This document shows, piece by piece, positions 51,801 through 64,000 of a DNA stretch of 64,000 bases. Source of the stretch: Auanema rhodensis (Eukaryota > Animalia > Nematoda); assembly GCA_964057225.1 (NCBI GenBank), contig OZ059900.1, forward strand, positions 15,562,001 through 15,626,000, given 5' to 3'. Numbering within the stretch: the first letter of the stretch is position 1; each line of letters opens with the position of its first letter. The translations under genes and the position numbers were made by a program. A model generated the notes under the pieces. That model was not told the DNA's origin, did not search any database, and was given only the letters and a program-made list of their open reading frames with translations.

Positions 51801-54800
51801 AGCATAATAAAATATTTCTCATGGGAAATACTGTGTTTTTGTATTTTTCTAGTGTTCAGCATGTAAAATGCTTCATTTTAGTTTGTAACACGCTGAAATT
51901 CGTTGCATTTGACGACTCATATGAACAAAAATCGATTTAATCAATATTAGCCATAAGGGGCGTGCCCTCAGAATATGCTAATTTCCTTAATTTTCTAACC
52001 CCTGTTTTTTTGTCCTGAAAGTGGAACTAGACGTTGTAGGAACAATTTTGAGCTAGGTTTCATTTACATTGCATGAGTTTGAACACATGAAATCGTAAGT
52101 CAAAACCTTGTTTACAGCGAAATTTCCAAAAACTGGTTTTCCAGCATAATAAAATATTTCTCATGGGAAATACTGTGTTTTTGTATTTTTCTAGTGTTCA
52201 GCATGTAAAATGCTTCATTTTAGTATGTAACACGCTGAAATTCGTTGCATTTGACGACTCATATGAACAAAAATCGATTTAATCAATATTAGCCATAAAG
52301 GGCGTGCCCTCAGAATATGCTAATTTCCTTAATTTTCTAACCCCTGTTTTTTTGTCGTGAAAGTGGAACTAGACGTTGTAGGAACAATTTTGAGCTAGGT
52401 TTCATTGACATTGCATGAGTTTGAACACATGAAATCGTAAGTCAAAACCTTGTTTACAGCGAAATTTCCAAAAACTGGTTTTCCAGCATAATAAAATATT
52501 TCTCATGGGAAATACTGTGTTTTTGTATTTTTCTAGTGTTCAGCATGTAAAATGCTTCATTTTAGTATGTAACACGCTGAAATTCGTTGCATTTGACGAC
52601 TCATATGAACAAAAATCGATTTAATCAATATTAGCCATAAGGGGCGTGCCCTCAGAATATGCTAATTTCCTTAATTTTCTAACCCCTGTTTTTTTGTCGT
52701 GAAAGTGGAACTAGACGTTGTAGGAACAATTCTGAGCTAGGTTTCGCTTACATTGCATGAGTTTGAACACATGAAATCGTAAGTCAAAACCTTGTTTACA
52801 GCGAAATTTCCAAAAACTGGTTTTCCAGCATAATAAAATATTTCTCATGGGAAATACTGTGTTTTTGTATTTTTCTAGTGTTCAGCATGTAAAATGCTTC
52901 ATTTTAGTATGTAACACGCTGAAATTCGTTGCATTTGACGACTCATATGAACAAAAATCGATTTAATCAATATTAGCCATAAGGGGCGTGCCCTCAGAAT
53001 ATGCTAATTTCCTTAATTTTCTAACCCCTGTTTTTTTGTCCTGAAAGTGGAACTAGACGTTGTAGGAACAATTTTGAGCTAGGTTTCATTTACATTGCAT
53101 GAGTTTGAACACATGAAATCGTAAGTCAAAACCTTGTTTACAGCGAAATTTCCAAAAACTGGTTTTCCAGCATAATAAAATATTTCTCATGGGAAATACT
53201 GTGTTTTTGTATTTTTCTAGTGTTCAGCATGTAAAATGCTTCATTTTAGTATGTAACACGCTGAAATTCGTTGCATTTGACGACTCATATGAACAAAAAT
53301 CGATTTAATCAATATTAGCCATAAAGGGCGTGCCCTCAGAATATGCTAATTTCCTTAATTTTCTAACCCCTGTTTTTTTGTCGTGAAAGTGGAACTAGAC
53401 GTTGTAGGAACAATTTTGAGCTAGGTTTCATTGACATTGCATGAGTTTGAACACATGAAATCGTAAGTCAAAACCTTGTTTACAGCGAAATTTCCAAAAA
53501 CTGGTTTTCCAGCATAATAAAATATTTCTCATGGGAAATACTGTGTTTTTGTATTTTTCTAGTGTTCAGCATGTAAAATGCTTCATTTTAGTATGTAACA
53601 CGCTGAAATTCGTTGCATTTGACGACTCATATGAACAAAAATCGATTTAATCAATATTAGCCATAAGGGGCGTGCCCTCAGAATATGCTAATTTCCTTAA
53701 TTTTCTAACCCCTGTTTTTTTGTCGTGAAAGTGGAACTAGACGTTGTACGAACAATTTTGAGCTAGGTTTCATTGACATTGCATGAGTTTGAACACATGA
53801 AATCGTAAGTCAAAACCTTGTTTACAGCGAAATTTCCAAAAACTGGTTTTCCAGCATAATAAAATATTTCTCATGGGAAATACTGTGTTTTTGTATTTTT
53901 CTAGTGTTCAGCATGTAAAATGCTTCATTTTAGTATGTAACACGCTGAAATTCGTTGCATTTGACGACTCATATGAACAAAAATCGATTTAATCAATATT
54001 AGCCATAAGGGGCGTGCCCTCAGAATATGCTAATTTCCTTAATTTTCTAACCCCTGTTTTTTTGTCGTGAAAGTGGAATTAGACGTTGTAGGAACAGTTT
54101 TGAGCTAGGTTTCATTGACATTGCATGAGTTTGAACACAAGAAATCGTAAGTCAAAACCTTTTTTACAGCGAAATTTCCAAAAACTGGTTTTCCAGCATA
54201 ATAAAATATTTCTCATGGGAAATACTGTGTTTTTGTATTTTTCTAGTGTTCAGCATGTAAAATGCTTCATTTTAGTTTGTAAAACGCTGAAATTCGTTGC
54301 ATTTGACGACTCATATGAACAAAAATCGATTTAATCAATATTAGCCATAAGGGGCGTGCCCTCAGAATATGCTAATTTCCTTAATTTTCTAACCCCTGTT
54401 TTTTTGTCGTGAAAGTGGAACTAGACGTTGTAGGAACAATTTTGAGCTAGGTTTCACTTACATTGCATGAGTTTGAACACATGAAATCGTAAGTCAAAAC
54501 CTTGTTTACAGCGAAATTTCCAAAAACTGGTTTTCCAGCATAATAAAATATTTCTCATGGGAAATACTGTGTTTTTGTATTTTTCTAGTGTTCAGCATGT
54601 AAAATGCTTCATTTTAGTATGTAACACGCTGAAATTCGTTGCATTTGACGACTCATATGAACAAAAATCGATTTAATCAATATTAGCCATAAGGGGCGTG
54701 CCCTCAGAATATGCTAATTTCCTTAATTTTCTAACCCCTGTTTTTTTGTCGTGAAAGTGGAATTAGACGTTGTAGGAACAATTTTGAGCTAGGTTTCATT

Positions 54801-57800
54801 GACATTGCATGAGTTTGAACACATGAAATCGTAAGTCAAAACCTTGTTTACAGCGAAATTTCCAAAAACTGGTTTTCCAGCATAATAAAATATTTCTCAT
54901 GGGAAATACTGTGTTTTTGTATTTTTCTAGTGTTCAGCATGTAAAATGCTTCATTTTAGTATGTAACACGCTGAAATTTGTTGCATTTGACGACTCATAT
55001 GAACAAAAATCGATTTAATCAATATTAGCCATAAGGGGCGTGCCCTCAGAATATGCTAATTTCCTTAATTTTCTAACCCCTGTTTTTTTGTCGTGAAAGT
55101 GGAACTAGACGTTGTACGAACAATTTTGAGCTAGGTTTCATTGACATTGCATGAGTTTGAACACATGAAATCGTAAGTCAAAACCTTGTTTACAGCGAAA
55201 TTTCCAAAAACTGGTTTTCCAGCATAATAAAATATTTCTCATGGGAAATACTGTGTTTTTGTATTTTTCTAGTGTTCAGCATGTAAAATGCTTCATTTTA
55301 GTATGTAACACGCTGAAATTCGTTGCATTTGACGACTCATATGAACAAAAATCGATTTAATCAATATTAGCCATAAGGGGCGTGCCCTCAGAATATGCTA
55401 ATTTCCTTAATTTTCTAACCCCTGTTTTTTTGTCGTGAAAGTGGAATTAGACGTTGTAGGAACAGTTTTGAGCTAGGTTTCATTGACATTGCATGAGTTT
55501 GAACACGTGAAATCGTAAGTCAAAACCTTGTTTACAGCGAAATTTCCAAAAACTGGTTTTCCAGCATAATAAAATATTTCTCATGGGAAATACTGTGTTT
55601 TTGTATTTTTCTAGTGTTCAGCATGTAAAATGCTTCATTTGAGTATGTAACACGCTGAAATTCGTTGCATTTGACGACTCATATGAACAAAAATCGATTT
55701 AATCAATATTAGCCATAAGGGGCGTGCCCTCAGAATATGCTAAATTCCTTAATTTTCTAACCCCTGTTTTTTTGTCGTGAAAGTGGAACTAGACGTTTTA
55801 CGAACAATTTTGAGCTAGGTTTCATTGACATTGCATGAGTTTGAACACATGAAATCGTAAGTCAAAACCTTGTTTACAGCGAAATTTCCAAAAACTGGTT
55901 TTCCAGCATAATAAAATATTTCTCATGGGAAATACTGTGTTTTTGTATTTTTCTAGTGTTCAGCATGTAAAATGCTTCATTTTAGTATGTAACACGCTGA
56001 AATTCGTTGCATTTGACGACTCATATGAACAAAAATCGATTTAATCAATATTAGCCATAAGGGGCGTGCCCTCTGAATATGCTAATTTCCTTAATTTTCT
56101 AACCCCTGTTTTTTTGTAGTGAAAGTGGAACTAGACGTTGTACGAACAATTTTGAGCTAGGTTTCATTGACATTGCATGAGTTTGAACACATGAAATCGT
56201 AAGTCAAAACCTTGTTTACAGCGAAATTTCCAAAAACTGGTTTTCCAGCATAATAAAATATTTCTCATGGGAAATACTGTGTTTTTGTATTTTTCTAGTG
56301 TTCAGCATGTAAAATGCTTCATTTTAGTATGTAACACGCTGAAATTCGTTGCATTTGACGACTCATATGAACAAAAATCGATTTAATCAATATTAGCCAT
56401 AAGGGGCGTGCCCTCAGAATATGCTAATTTCCTTAATTTTCTAACCCCTGTTTTTTTGTCGTGAAAGTGGAACTAGACGTTGTAGGAACAATTTTGAGCT
56501 AGGTTTCATTGACATTGCATGAGTTTGAACACATGAAATCGTAAGTCAAAACCTTGTTTACAGCGAAATTTCCAAAAACTGGTTTTCCAGCATAATAAAA
56601 TATTTCTCATGGGAAATACTGTGTTTTTGTATTTTTCTAGTGTTCAGCATGTAAAATGCTTCATTTTAGTATGTAACACGCTGAAATTCGTTGCATTTGA
56701 CGACTCATATGAACAAAAATCGATTTAATCAATATTAGCCATAAGGGGCGTGCCCTCAGAATATGCTAATTTCCTTAATTTTCTAACCCCTGTTTTTTTG
56801 TCGTGAAAGTGGAACTAGACGTTGTAGGAACAATTTTGAGCTAGGTTTCACTTACATTGCATGAGTTTGAACACATGAAATCGTAAGTCAAAACCTTGTT
56901 TACAGCGAAATTTCCAAAAACTGGTTTTCCAGCATAATAAAATATTTCTCATGGGAAATACTGTGTTTTTGTATTTTTCTAGTGTTCAGCATGTAAAATG
57001 CTTCATTTTAGTATGTAACACGCTGAAATTCGTTGCATTTGACGACTCATATGAACAAAAATCGATTTAATCAATATTAGCCATAAGGGGCGTGCCCTCA
57101 GAATATGCTAATTTCCTTAATTTTCTAACCCCTGTTTTTTTGTCGTGAAAGTGGAATTAGACGTTGTAGGAACAATTTTGAGCTAGGTTTCATTGACATT
57201 GCATGAGTTTGAACACATGAAATCGTAAGTCAAAACCTTGTTTACAGCGAAATTTCCAAAAACTGGTTTTCCAGCATAATAAAATATTTCTCATGGGAAA
57301 TACTGTGTTTTTGTATTTTTCTAGTGTTCAGCATGTAAAATGCTTCATTTTAGTATGTAACACGCTGAAATTCGTTGCATTTGACGACTCATATGAACAA
57401 AAATCGATTTAATCAATATTAGCCATAAGGGGCGTGCCCTCAGAATATGCTAATTTCCTTAATTTTCTAACCCCTGTTTTTTTGTCCTGAAAGTGGAACT
57501 AGACGTTGTAGGAACAATTTTGAGCTAGGTTTCATTTACATTGCATGAGTTTGAACACATGAAATCGTAAGTCAAAACCTTGTTTACAGCGAAATTTCCA
57601 AAAACTGGTTTTCCAGCATAATAAAATATTTCTCATGGGAAATACTGTGTTTTTGTATTTTTCTAGTGTTCAGCATGTAAAATGCTTCATTTTAGTATGT
57701 AACACGCTGAAATTCGTTGCATTTGACGACTCATATGAACAAAAATCGATTTAATCAATATTAGCCATAAAGGGCGTGCCCTCAGAATATGCTAATTTCC

Positions 57801-60800
57801 TTAATTTTCTAACCCCTGTTTTTTTGTCGTGAAAGTGGAACTAGACGTTGTACGAACAATTTTGAGCTAGGTTTCATTGACATTGCATGAGTTTGAACAC
57901 ATGAAATCGTAAGTCAAAACCTTGTTTACAGCGAAATTTCCAAAAACTGGTTTTCCAGCATAATAAAATATTTCTCATGGGAAATACTGTGTTTTTGTAT
58001 TTTTCTAGTGTTCAGCATGTAAAATGCTTCATTTTAATATGTAACACGCTGAAATTCGTTGCATTTGACGACTCATATGAACAAAAATCGATTTAATCAA
58101 TATTAGCCATAAGGGGCGTGCCCTCAGAATATGCTAATTTCCTTAATTTTCTAACCCCTGTTTTTTTGTCGTGAAAGTGGAATTAGACGTTGTAGGAACA
58201 GTTTTGAGCTAGGTTTCATTGACAATGCATGAGTTTGAACACAAGAAATCGTAAGTCAAAACCTTTTTTACAGCGAAATTTCCAAAAACTGGTTTTCCAG
58301 CATAATAAAATATTTCTCATGGGAAATACTGTGTTTTTGTATTTTTCTAGTGTTCAGCATGTAAAATGCTTCATTTTAGTTTGTAACACGCTGAAATTCG
58401 TTGCATTTGACGACTCATATGAACAAAAATCGATTTAATCAATATTAGCCATAAGGGGCGTGCCCTCAGAATATGCTAATTTCCTTAATTTTCTAACCCC
58501 TGTTTTTTTGTCGTGAAAGTACAACTAGACGTTGTAGGAACAATTTTGAGCTAGGTTTCACTTACATTGCATGAGTTTGAACACATGAAATCGTAAGTCA
58601 AAACCTTGTTTACAGCGAAATTTCCAAAAACTGGTTTTCCAGCATAATAAAATATTTCTCATGGGAAATACTGTGTTTTTGTATTTTTCTAGTGTTCAGC
58701 ATGTAAAATGCTTCATTTTAGTATGTAACACGCTGAAATTCGTTGCATTTGACGACTCATATGAACAAAAATCGATTTAATCAATATTAGCCATAAGGGG
58801 CGTGCCCTCAGAATATGCTAATTTCCTTAATTTTCTAACCCCTGTTTTTTTGTCGTGAAAGTGGAATTAGACGTTGTAGGAACAATTTTGAGCTAGGTTT
58901 CATTGACATTGCATGAGTTTGAACACATGAAATCGTAAGTCAAAACCTTGTTTACAGCGAAATTTCCAAAAACTGGTTTTCCAGCATAATAAAATATTTC
59001 TCATGGGAAATACTGTGTTTTTGTAATTTTCTAGTGTTCAGCATGTAAAATGCTTCATTTTAGTATGTAACACGCTGAAATTCGTTGCATTTGACGACTC
59101 ATATGAACAAAAATCGATTTAATCAATATTAGCCATAAGGGGCGTGCCCTCAGAATATGCTAATTTCCTTAATTTTCTAACCCCTGTTTTTTTGTCGTGA
59201 AAGTGGAACTAGACGTTGTAGGAACAATTTTGAGCTAGGTTTCATTTACATTGCATGAGTTTGAACACATGAAATTGTAAGTCAAAACCTTGTTTACAGC
59301 GAAATTTCCAAAAACTGGTTTTCCAGCATAATAAAATATTTCTCATGGGAAATACTGTGTTTTTGTATTTTTCTAGTGTTCAGCATGTAAAATGCTTCAT
59401 TTTAGTATGTAACACGCTGAAATTCGTTGCATTTGACGACTCATATGAACAAAAATCGATTTAATCAATATTAGCCATAAGGGGCGTGCCCTCAGAATAT
59501 GCTAATTTCCTTAATTTTCTAACCCCTGTTTTTTTGTCGTGAAAGTGGAACTAGACGTTGTACGAACAATTTTGAGCTAGGTTTCATTGACATTGCATGA
59601 GTTTGAACACATGAAATCGTAAGTCAAAACCTTGTTTACAGCGAAATTTCCAAAAACTGGTTTTCCAGCATAATAAAATATTTCTCATGGGAAATACTGT
59701 GTTTTTGTATTTTTCTAGTGTTCAGCATGTAAAATGCTTCATTTTAGTATGTCACACGCTGAAATTCGTTGCATTTGACGACTCATATGAACAAAAATCG
59801 ATTTAATCAATATTAGCCATAAGGGGCGTGCCCTCAGAATATGCTAATTTCCTTAATTTTCTAACCCCTCTTTTTTTGTCGTGAAAGTGGAACTAGACGT
59901 TTTACGAACAATTTTGAGCTAGGTTTCATTGATATTGCATGAGTTTGAACACATGAAATCGTAAGTCAAAACCTTGTTTACAGCGAAATTTCCAAAAACT
60001 GGTTTTCCAGCATAATAAAATATTTCTCATGGGAAATACTGTGTTTTTGTATTTTTCTAGTGTTCAGCATGTAAAATGCTTCATTTTAGTATGTAACACG
60101 CTGAAATTCGTTGCATTTGACGACTCATATGAACAAAAATCGATTTAATCAATATTAGCCATAAGGGGCGTGCCCTCAGAATATGCTAATTTCCTTAATT
60201 TTCTAACCCCTGTTTTTTTGTCGTGAAAGTGGAACTAGACGTTTTACGAACAATTTTGAGCTAGGTTTCATTGACATTGCATGAGTTTGAACACATGAAA
60301 TCGTAAGTCAAAACCTTGTTTACAGCGAAATTTCCAAAAACTGGTTTTCCAGCATAATAAAATATTTCTCATGGGAAATACTGTGTTTTTGTATTTTTCT
60401 AGTGTTCAGCATGTAAAATGCTTCATTTTAGTTTGTAACACGCTGAAATTCGTTGCATTTGACGACTCATATGAACAAAAATCGATTTAATCAATATTAG
60501 CCATAAGGGGCGTGCCCTCAGAATATGCTAATTTCCTTAATTTTCTAACCCCTGTTTTTTTGTCGTGAAAGTGGAATTAGACGTTGTAGGAACAGTTTTG
60601 AGCTAGGTTTCATTGACATTGCATGAGTTTGAACACATGAAATCGTAAGTCAAAACCTTGTTTACAGCGAAATTTCCAAAAACTGGTTTTCCAGCATAAT
60701 AAAATATTTCTCATGGGAAATACTGTGTTTTTGTATTTTTCTAGTGTTCAGCATGTAAAATGCTTCATTTTAGTATGTAACACGCTGAAATTCGTTGCAT

Positions 60801-63800
60801 TTGACGACTCATATGAACAAAAATCGATTTAATCAATATTAGCCATAAGGGGCGTGCCCTCAGAATATGCTAATTTCCTTAATTTTCTAACCCCTGTTTT
60901 TTTGTCGTGAAAGTGGAACTAGACGTTTTACGAACAATTTTGAGCTAGGTTTCATTGACATTGCATGAGTTTGAACACATGAAATCGTAAGTCAAAACCT
61001 TGTTTACAGCGAAATTTCCAAAAACTGGTTTTCCAGCATAATAAAATATTTCTCATGGGAAATACTGTGTTTTTGTATTTTTCTAGTGTTCAGCATGTAA
61101 AATGCTTCATTTTAGTTTGTAACACGCTGAAATTCGTTGCATTTGACGACTCATATGAACAAAAATCGATTTAATCAATATTAGCCATAAGGGGCGTGCC
61201 CTCAGAATATGCTAATTTCCTTAATTTTCTAACCCCTGTTTTTTTGTCGTGAAAGTGGAACTAGACGTTGTACGAACAATTTTGAGCTAAGTTTCATTGA
61301 CATTGCATGAGTTTGAACACATGAAATCGTAAGTCAAAACCTTGTTTACAGCGAAATTTCCAAAAACTGGTTTTCCAGCATAATAAAATATTTCTCATGG
61401 GAAATACTGTGTTTTTGTATTTTTCTAGTGTTCAGCATGTAAAATGCTTCATTTTAGTTTGTAACACGCTGAAATTCGTTGCATTTGACGACTCATATGA
61501 ACAAAAATCGATTTAATCAATATTAGCCATAAAGGGCGTGCCCTCAGAATATGCTAATTTCCTTAATTTTCTAACCCCTGTTTTTTTGTCGTGAAAGTGG
61601 AACTAGACGTTTTACGAACAATTTTGAGCTAGGTTTCATTGACATTGCATGAGTTTGAACACATGAAATCGTAAGTCAAAACCTTGTTTACAGCGAAATT
61701 TCCAAAAACTGGTTTTCCAGCATAATAAAATATTTCTCATGGGAAATACTGTGTTTTTGTATTTTTCTAGTGTTCAGCATGTAAAATGCTTCATTTTAGT
61801 TTGTAACACGCTGAAATTCGTTGCATTTGACGACTCATATGAACAAAAATCGATTTAATCAATATTAGCCATAAGGGGCGTGCCCTCAGAATATGCTAAT
61901 TTCCTTAATTTTCTAACCCCTGTTTTTTTGTCGTGAAAGTGGAACTAGACGTTGTACGAACAATTTTGAGCTAAGTTTCATTGACATTGCATGAGTTTGA
62001 ACACATGAAATCGTAAGTCAAAACCTTGTTTACAGCGAAATTTCCAAAAACTGGTTTTCCAGCATAATAAAATATTTCTCATGGGAAATACTGTGTTTTT
62101 GTATTTTTCTAGTGTTCAGCATGTAAAATGCTTCATTTTAGTTTGTAACACGCTGAAATTCGTTGCATTTGACGACTCATATGAACAAAAATCGATTTAA
62201 TCAATATTAGCCATAAAGGGCGTGCCCTCAGAATATGCTAATTTCCTTAATTTTCTAACCCCTGTTTTTTGTCGTGAAAGTGGAACTAGACGTTGTAGGA
62301 ACAATTTTTAGCTAGGTTTCATTGACATTGCATGAGTTTGAACACATGAAATCGTAAGTCAAAACCTTGTTTACAGCGAAATTTCCAAAAACTGGTTTTC
62401 CAGCATAATAAAATATTTCTCATGGGAAATACTGTGTTTTTGTATTTTTCTAGTGTTCAGCATGTAAAATGCTTCATTTTAGTTTGTAACACGCTGAAAT
62501 TCGTTGCATTTGACGACTCATATGAACAAAAATCGATTTAATCAATATTAGCCATAAAGGGCGTGCCCTCAGAATATGCTAATTTCCTTAATTTTCTAAC
62601 CCCTGTTTTTTTGTCGTGAAAGTGGAACTAGACGTTTTACGAACAATTTTGAGCTAGGTTTCATTGATATTGCATGAGTTTGAACACATGAAATCGTAAG
62701 TCAAAACCTTGTTTACAGCGAAATTTCCAAAAACTGGTTTTCCAGCATAATAAAATATTTCTCATGGGAAATACTGTGTTTTTGTATTTTTCTAGTGTTC
62801 AGCATGTAAAATGCTTCATTTTAGTATGTAACACGCTGAAATTCGTTGCATTTGACGACTCATATGAACAAAAATCGATTTAATCAATATTAGCCATAAG
62901 GGGCGTGCCCTCAGAATATGCTAATTTCCTTAATTTTCTAACCCCTGTTTTTTTGTCGTGAAAGTGGAATTAGACGTTGTAGGAACAGTTTTGAGCTAGG
63001 TTTCATTGACATTGCATGAGTTTGAACACATGAAATCGTAAGTCAAAACCTTGTTTACAGCGAAATTTCCAAAAACTGGTTTTCCAGCATAATAAAATAT
63101 TTCTCATGGGAAATACTGTGTTTTTGTATTTTTCTAGTGTTCAGCATGTAAAATGCTTCATTTTAGTATGTAACACGCTGAAATTCGTTGCATTTGACGA
63201 TTCATATGAACAAAAATCGATTTAATCAATATTAGCCATAAAGGGCGTGCCCTCAGAATATGCTAATTTCCTTAATTTTCTAACCCCTGTTTTTTTGTCG
63301 TGAAAGTGGAACTAGACGTTGTAGGAACAATTTTGAGCTAGGTTTCATTGACATTGCATGAGTTTGAACACATGAAATCGTAAGTCAAAACCTTGTTTAC
63401 AGCGAAATTTCCAAAAACTGGTTTTCCAGCATAATAAAATATTTCTCATGGGAAATACTGTGTTTTTGTATTTTTCTAGTGTTCAGCATGTAAAATGCTT
63501 CATTTTAGTATGTAACACGCTGAAATTCGTTGCATTTGACGACTCATATGAACAAAAATCGATTTAATCAATATTAGCCATAAGGGGCGTGCCCTCAGAA
63601 TATGCTAATTTCCTTAATTTTCTAACCCCTGTTTTTTTGTCGTGAAAGTGGAATTAGACGTTGTAGGAACAGTTTTGAGCTAGGTTTCATTGACATTGCA
63701 TGAGTTTGAACACATGAAATCGTAAGTCAAAACCTTGTTTACAGCGAAATTTCCAAAAACTGGTTTTCCAGCATAATAAAATATTTCTCATGGGAAATAC

Positions 63801-64000
63801 TGTGTTTTTGTATTTTTCTAGTGTTCAGCATGTAAAATGCTTCATTTTAGTTTGTAACACGCTGAAATTCGTTGCATTTGACGACTCATATGAACAAAAA
63901 TCGATTTAATCAATATTAGCCATAAAGGGCGTGCCCTCAGAATATGCTAATTTCCTTAATTTTCTAACCCCTGTTTTTTTGTCGTGAAAGTGGAACTAGA
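48883..64000. repeat. Same 342-bp satellite array (right arm: rest of the interrupted monomer, 43 complete monomers, 81-bp partial)
   Basis: Resumes in register at GCGTGCCCTCAGAATATG directly after the LTR. Monomer starts at 49216, 49557, 49899 ... 63920, with two 341-bp monomers (T6 instead of T7) at 49216 and 62211. Runs off the window end. Confidence 0.99.

Noticed and set aside
1-64000. CpG-deamination signature in satellite variants
   Set aside because: A few CG>TG/CA alleles exist, but transversions and non-CpG changes are at least as common, so methylation cannot be inferred by eye.

Overview
Eukaryotic, probably nematode, satellite DNA. About 57 kb of the window is one head-to-tail array of a 342-bp AT-rich monomer: 123 complete monomers at 1-42070, one interrupted monomer, then 43 complete monomers plus an 81-bp partial copy at 49216-64000. 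Most copies are 98-100% identical to consensus. The array is interrupted once by an intact, very young 6,799-bp Ty3/gypsy LTR retrotransposon on the minus strand (42084-48882). It has 486-bp TG...CA LTRs differing at one base, a 4-bp TSD (GCGT), a PBS matching the nematode-type tRNA-Pro 3' end, and one uninterrupted Gag-PR-RT-RNaseH-IN ORF of about 1810 aa. Points of interest: (1) the element's 3' end carries a duplicated hairpin+PPT module flanking a possible second (tRNA-iMet-like) PBS and an A19 tract, and the ORF reads through all of it into the 3' LTR; (2) the LTR shares several exact same-strand words with the host satellite; (3) the insertion sits in the monomer's GC-rich dyad and at a sharp boundary between satellite haplotype domains; (4) SNP patterns show 2-, 4-, 7- and 10-monomer block duplications and a 10-monomer block repeated 51.6 kb apart, i.e. 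a layered array. No host genes, RNA genes or CRISPR arrays are supported. All comparisons were made by eye.
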